The translations under genes were made by a program, and so were the position numbers. From Enoplolaimus lenunculus (Eukaryota), in contig JASANG010002574.1 of assembly GCA_030248215.1 (NCBI GenBank), forward strand, positions 420,430-440,429: a DNA stretch of 20,000 nt. Reading direction: 5' to 3'. A model generated the notes under the pieces. That model was given only the letters and a program-made list of their open reading frames with translations, did no database searches and was not told the origin of the DNA. This document shows positions 16,101 to 20,000 of this stretch, in pieces; the first letter of the stretch is position 1; each line of letters starts with the position of its first letter.

Positions 16101-19076
16101 ATCCGGATTCGGATCCGGTAAAGATCCGGATTCGGATCCGGTAAAGATCCGGATTCGGATCCGGTGAATGTAAAATTTTGGATGCGGTCGTTCCCTAATG
16201 GGAGTATCAACAAAATGTCGCGTGACGTGATAGGATAAACGGTACCGTACTCCCAGGGACATGTTTACGCAAAAGGTATATAAAATTTGAAGTTTGGTGT
16301 ATTTTGTTGGCACTGGGGCCCCGGGTAAAATCCTGGCCCGGGACATCTCTATTTGTACATAGGTCGTTGACCCTAGTTTTGTTATGTCCATGGCATTGTA
16401 TGTATTATTATAATAGTAATAATTGAGCCGACGATTAAAGCAAGCATTCATGTGTACTCAAGCTTGATTATATTCAGTGCTTGATGAAGGGCCGAATGCA
16501 ATATTGATGAGAACACAGAGACCCCTGGCTACAACATCGCGTTTTGCACTATATTGAACAATGCAGAATTAGAGCACGCAGAGGTCTTACAATACTTTAC
16601 ATTATTATGTCACTTATGTGTTGAATTTACGTCGTATGTTTGTTGTAGCTTTTCAAGGCTTAGACTCCCTGTGATACACACTGAAAACAACAAGCTGTTT
16701 TAGGTTGAATCTGTGGCGATCATTGAAGAGAAAGACACAGGCAAACGGCGAGGTTTCGCGTTTGTAACGTTTGACGATTTCGATCCTGTGGATAAGCTAT
16801 GCTGTAAGGCTTGTTGCTTAACGCAGCGAGTACTTGGTTTGTTTTTTTTTTCATATTGGGAAGTCGGCCGTTTTCTGGTTATATTTTAAACACAATGATC
16901 GTTTTTTTATTAGTGGCCGATCAGAATATTGTCGGAGTACACATTTTAGTAAGTCAAGCAAAATTTACCAAGGCTCATCATGCGGAAAATTTTTTGTCTT
17001 ATGGTACGTAAAGAACGATTAAGAAGACCTTGCGAGCGAAGCCAGCGAGAAGCCATGCGCGATTTAAAAACTAAACTCTTTTGCAACAGTTGCAGTTGTT
17101 TTTGGTTCATCGATTGGACGTTTTAGACCCATACGACCCCTCCGTCTGCGCGCCTATTTCAGTAAATGAATGGTTTTTGTTTGAAAACGTTTCAAGAACT
17201 GGTTTGTATAGTGGTTTGTTTGTAGTGATCGACCGGATCCGGGCCGGATCTCTGCAATTTTTAAGATCCGGATCCGAATCCGGATCCGGTAAAATAAACT
17301 ACCGGATCTCCGGATCCGAAATTTGATATACAACTAAAAACATACCAAAATTGGTATATCTATTTCAACTATGCGTACGTAATCTAATAAGCACTGTGTG
17401 AGCATTAATGCTTTGTTGGAATGTCAGGTTAATGACGGAATGTCAGGTTAATGACATCCACGTGAACACCAGTGTTCTTGCGAAAGAAGAACAAACATAA
17501 AGATTTTAAAGACTTCTTTTTTTAGTTGCTGTAAGTTTTGTTGACTAATTTTGCGAAACAATCAGTCGAACTTTTTGTATTTTATATACGTTAGGTATTG
17601 AAAAATTATCCAGCTAGTAAGATCCGGATTCGGATCCGGGCCGGATCTGAATTTTAAGATCCGGATTCGGATCCGGTAAATGCAAAATTTTGGATCCGGT
17701 CGTTCCCTATTTGTTTGCATTGCAAATACTGTCTGTACATAAAGATTGCTTTTATGTTTGCAGTGTTAAAAAGCCACGATATTGGTGGCACCAAGTGTGA
17801 CGTCAAAAAAGCTCTATCTCGTGACGAATTAGCCCGAGCAAATCAGCAGAGGCGAGAAGGTGGATTTCGTGGTGATCGAAGTCGCGGTGGTCGAGGTGGC
17901 GGTGGCCGAGGTAATGCAGTCTCGCTTGCTGATTTTCGTGTATCATGGTTTTTTGTTGACGTAATATATATAGGGAATTCACTCGCTTTTTTTCAAAAAC
18001 CACAGAATACAAAAACTCACTAGAAACCCTACCCTTATCTGTGTGAATCTATCTACTCCAGTAAACCGCAATATTGTGAGATAAAACTCAAATCGTGGCC
18101 AGCATTTTCTCGCATCGCTCGTGAGGTTTCTTTCTCTGTTCTTTTTTTATTCTGACACTTGGTTGTCTGCTGGACATCGGATGTCTGACCGAATCAAAAA
18201 CTAACAAACCTTTCAATAGGATCTAAGCTAAAATTGTGTGTGGCTTCTCGCTGGCTTCGCTCACAATTCCGTGACGGAGATTTCTGGATTCACCATTATT
18301 ATCATACACATTGTTCGTTGGCTAAGTATCCTTCCAAAAAATATGTTTTTTTTTTCGCAAAATGACTTACTGAACTCAAATGTATTACGTTGTCGTTCTG
18401 TATTTTAATTTATTATTTATTTTACTTGAACCCCAAATATTTAAAACGCACTTAAATTCAAAATACTCTGTAACCGTGTTTATTATAGCTTAGATTGCGA
18501 TGGTGCTTATTTATTAGCTATGTCCTGGAAAAAGAAAATGTATTGTACGTAATTTTAGGAGGCGGCGGCTGGGGAGGCAGCTATGGAGGCTACGGTGGCG
18601 GCTGGGGTGGACCACCTGGTACGCACTTTTATACTCTATTGATCTATGCGTAACAATAAAATTATGGATACACTGATACATCATAATTTATTACGCAACA
18701 ATAATTTCTAGTGTAAAACAATAATTTCTGATTTTGTGTAGTCATTCTATGTGACAGATTTTGGCCTTTCAGAACTTTCGCACTTTTTGTAATGTTTTCT
18801 TTGTGTTTTTTCAAGGTTATGGCGGTGGTTATGGCATGGGAGGCGGTTGGGATCAAGGTGGATGGGGCGGATATGGTGGTGGAATGGGCGGATGGAATCA
18901 AGGTTTGTTTCCATGTCATTATTTTTTACTATGTTTATGTGAAATTTGCTCCGCCTAAAAATTCCGGAGATTCAGAACATGAATGTAATTTGAATTTGCA
19001 AGCACTAGCAAAAATATTAGACACTGTTGTGGATAATCATTTTAATTTATGCTTTATTCTTTCAGGTTATTGGTGA
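13144..19076 (+). CDS. hnRNP A/B-family RNA-binding protein, paralog 2 (2 RRM + RGG + GW/GY-rich tail, 267 aa); join(13144..13164,13822..13933,14626..14780,15053..15163,16704..16803,17764..17910,18559..18618,18816..18902,19066..19076)
   Basis: 804-nt spliced ORF with GT-AG introns. [13 protein letters not shown] (cf. hnRNP A1 EPEQLRKLFIGGL), [46 protein letters not shown]. Confidence 0.92.
13177..13551. mobile_element. G-tract-rich inverted-repeat element in paralog 2 intron 1
   Basis: CTGGCATTTCGCTAG (13177) versus CCAGCGAAACGCCAG (13537..13551), 13/15 inverted match; internal AACC.GGGGG.ATTT..CGAGTGGGG repeats. Confidence 0.6.
13822..13933 (+). CDS. Paralog 2 exon 2 ([17 protein letters not shown]...YGEIT)
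   Basis: tttgacag|...|gtttgc; 112 nt. Confidence 0.93.
14626..14780 (+). CDS. Paralog 2 exon 3 ([21 protein letters not shown]...PKRAVPKE)
   Basis: ttgcag|...|gtaaag; 155 nt. Confidence 0.95.
15053..15163 (+). CDS. Paralog 2 exon 4 ([20 protein letters not shown]...DHGT)
   Basis: tttacag|...|gtaagt; 111 nt. Confidence 0.95.
15667..16197 (+). mobile_element. hAT-type MITE family C, copy 1
   Basis: TIRs TAGAAATCGACCGGATCC / GGATGCGGTCGTTCCCTA; perfect 8-bp TSD ATGGGAGT (15659..15666, 16198..16205). Confidence 0.92.
16075..16166. repeat. 4 x 23-bp minisatellite AAGATCCGGATTCGGATCCGGTA
   Basis: Direct reading; a single unit at the equivalent position of copy 2. Confidence 0.95.
16704..16803 (+). 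CDS. Paralog 2 exon 5 ([33 protein letters not shown])
   Basis: tttttag|...|gtaagg; 100 nt. Confidence 0.95.
17223..17709 (+). mobile_element. hAT-type MITE family C, copy 2
   Basis: TIRs TAGTGATCGACCGGATCC / GGATCCGGTCGTTCCCTA; perfect 8-bp TSD TTTGTTTG (17215..17222, 17710..17717); collinear with copy 1; internal 19-bp duplication at 17418..17455. Confidence 0.92.
17764..17910 (+). CDS. Paralog 2 exon 6 ([19 protein letters not shown]...RGGRGGGGR)
   Basis: tttgcag|...|gtaatg; 147 nt, phase 1-1. Confidence 0.93.
18559..18618 (+). CDS. Paralog 2 exon 7 ([20 protein letters not shown])
   Basis: ttttag|...|gtacgc; 60 nt, phase 1-1. Confidence 0.88.
18816..18902 (+). CDS. Paralog 2 exon 8 ([29 protein letters not shown])
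   Basis: ttttttcaag|...|gtttgt; 87 nt, phase 1-1. Confidence 0.88.
19066..19076 (+). CDS. Paralog 2 terminal coding micro-exon (G-Y-W-stop)
   Basis: tctttcag|GT TAT TGG TGA. Confidence 0.75.
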
Positions 19077-20000
19077 ATTTAGAATCCTGTGTACATTTTG
19101 ATTGGCACATTGTGTAATATTAGTACCGTATGCATTGTCTGGATAAGATTGGTTTACATCGATGTTGAACCGACGATGTATATTAATACCGATACGATAT
19201 CGATAGTTAAAATTTACGCCTGTTGCCCCTAAGTTATGCGAAGATTACATGCTTTTGTGCTTGGAGCAAATTGAAATTTTCTAAAGCCTTTTTAAACTTA
19301 CTCTAGATTGAGATACAGCTTCGCGTCTGTTAAGTTGTAGTACAAACGTCTCGCAGAACCAAATGGCATGAAAAGTGAACCCATATGCCTCAAGTATTTT
19401 TTCGGACAAAAGAAAAGTATCTGAACGGAAGCACATATATAGCTGAAATATATGGCTGTGTTGTACTGTGTTAGACAGCCTGTAAGCACTAGCCGTTAAT
19501 GTGTTGGTTTGTGTATGAAATGCGTGCAGTAAAATATTGTTCGCAGTCAAATGGATGTTTTATAAAACATTTGACTGGTGTTGTTTTGCAGGGGCTTATC
19601 GTTTTTATGCGGGGTTCACGTTATAACAGGGGCAGCTTGGGACATGTTTTGTCCATATTAGACTATTGGGTAACATTTTGTCTGCTAATAGACCCTATAT
19701 CGTATTCAAAAAGTCGTATTTGTCTGCTATCACCATGTAGGTCACCTTTTGTCTTTCAATATCATATGATATCCGACGTATTGTCAGCGAATATCATATG
19801 ATATGTTTTCAAATGTCTGTACACTTGAAGTAACATACCCAAATTGTCCTGTTGAATGTCATATGATACTAGAATTTGACATTTGAATTTTTAAATTATG
19901 AAGCTGTGGTTGTAAGCGATTTTGTGTCGGAAACGATTCGCAGGCATGTAGTTGGAATTTAACCCTCAACGGCCCGGCAAAATTTTCACCTTAATCAGCC

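Larger units (their letters stand above)
15482..16351. mobile_element. Older hAT-like MITE (family F) hosting a nested insertion
   Basis: Left CAGAGATGTCCCCGGGGCCA; right TGGCCCGGGACATCTCTA; CGGTACC motifs on both sides of the insert. Confidence 0.7.
17030..18266. repeat. Inverted repeat pair (17030..17065 and 18231..18266) flanking paralog 2 exon 6
   Basis: TTGCGAGCGAAGCCAGCGAGAAGCCA versus TGGCTTCTCGCTGGCTTCGCTCACAA, 25/26 complementary; probably oppositely oriented HINE-like remnants. Confidence 0.85.

Noticed and set aside
16075..16166. Palindromic 23-bp repeats resembling a CRISPR array
   Set aside because: No spacers, eukaryotic intron, lies within a MITE end
15987..16451. 154-aa ORF with RIRIRI / GSESGS / PDPNPD repeats
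   Set aside because: Translation of GGATCC-rich MITE repeats and the 23-bp minisatellite; likewise 15620..15850, 17081..17326 and 2891..3181. No transposase motif.
1..20000. Autonomous transposase, rRNA, tRNA or prokaryotic/viral systems
   Set aside because: No long ORF or recognisable structural RNA seen; all convincing coding signal belongs to the three spliced genes

Overview
AT-rich, intron-containing animal (invertebrate-like; species not determinable from sequence alone) genomic DNA. It holds (i) the first coding exon of an ARF/ARL small GTPase gene on the - strand (451..544), head-to-head with (ii) two complete, tandem, same-strand hnRNP A/B-family paralogs (2 RRMs + Gly-rich low-complexity tail). 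Gene 1 has 10 coding exons (2006..10759, ~437 aa) and gene 2 has 9 (13144..19076, 267 aa). Exons 2-5 have identical lengths and phases in both genes (112/155/111/100 nt). The low-complexity tails have diverged: gene 1 is RGG-rich plus Q/A/Y prion-like, gene 2 is short and GW/GY-rich, and both end in Trp on a micro terminal exon. Introns carry several related families of hAT-type MITEs (YAGRG termini, CCGG-rich subterminal repeats; two copies with perfect 8-bp TSDs, one nested in an older element), HINE/DINE-1-like remnants and local tandem duplications. The most interesting signals are repeat-derived inverted sequences bracketing exons 5 and 6 of gene 2, modular phase-1 LCD exons, a read-through stop/intronic polyA option in gene 1, and tandem perfect splice donors. 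All gene models were derived by eye, without transcript support.
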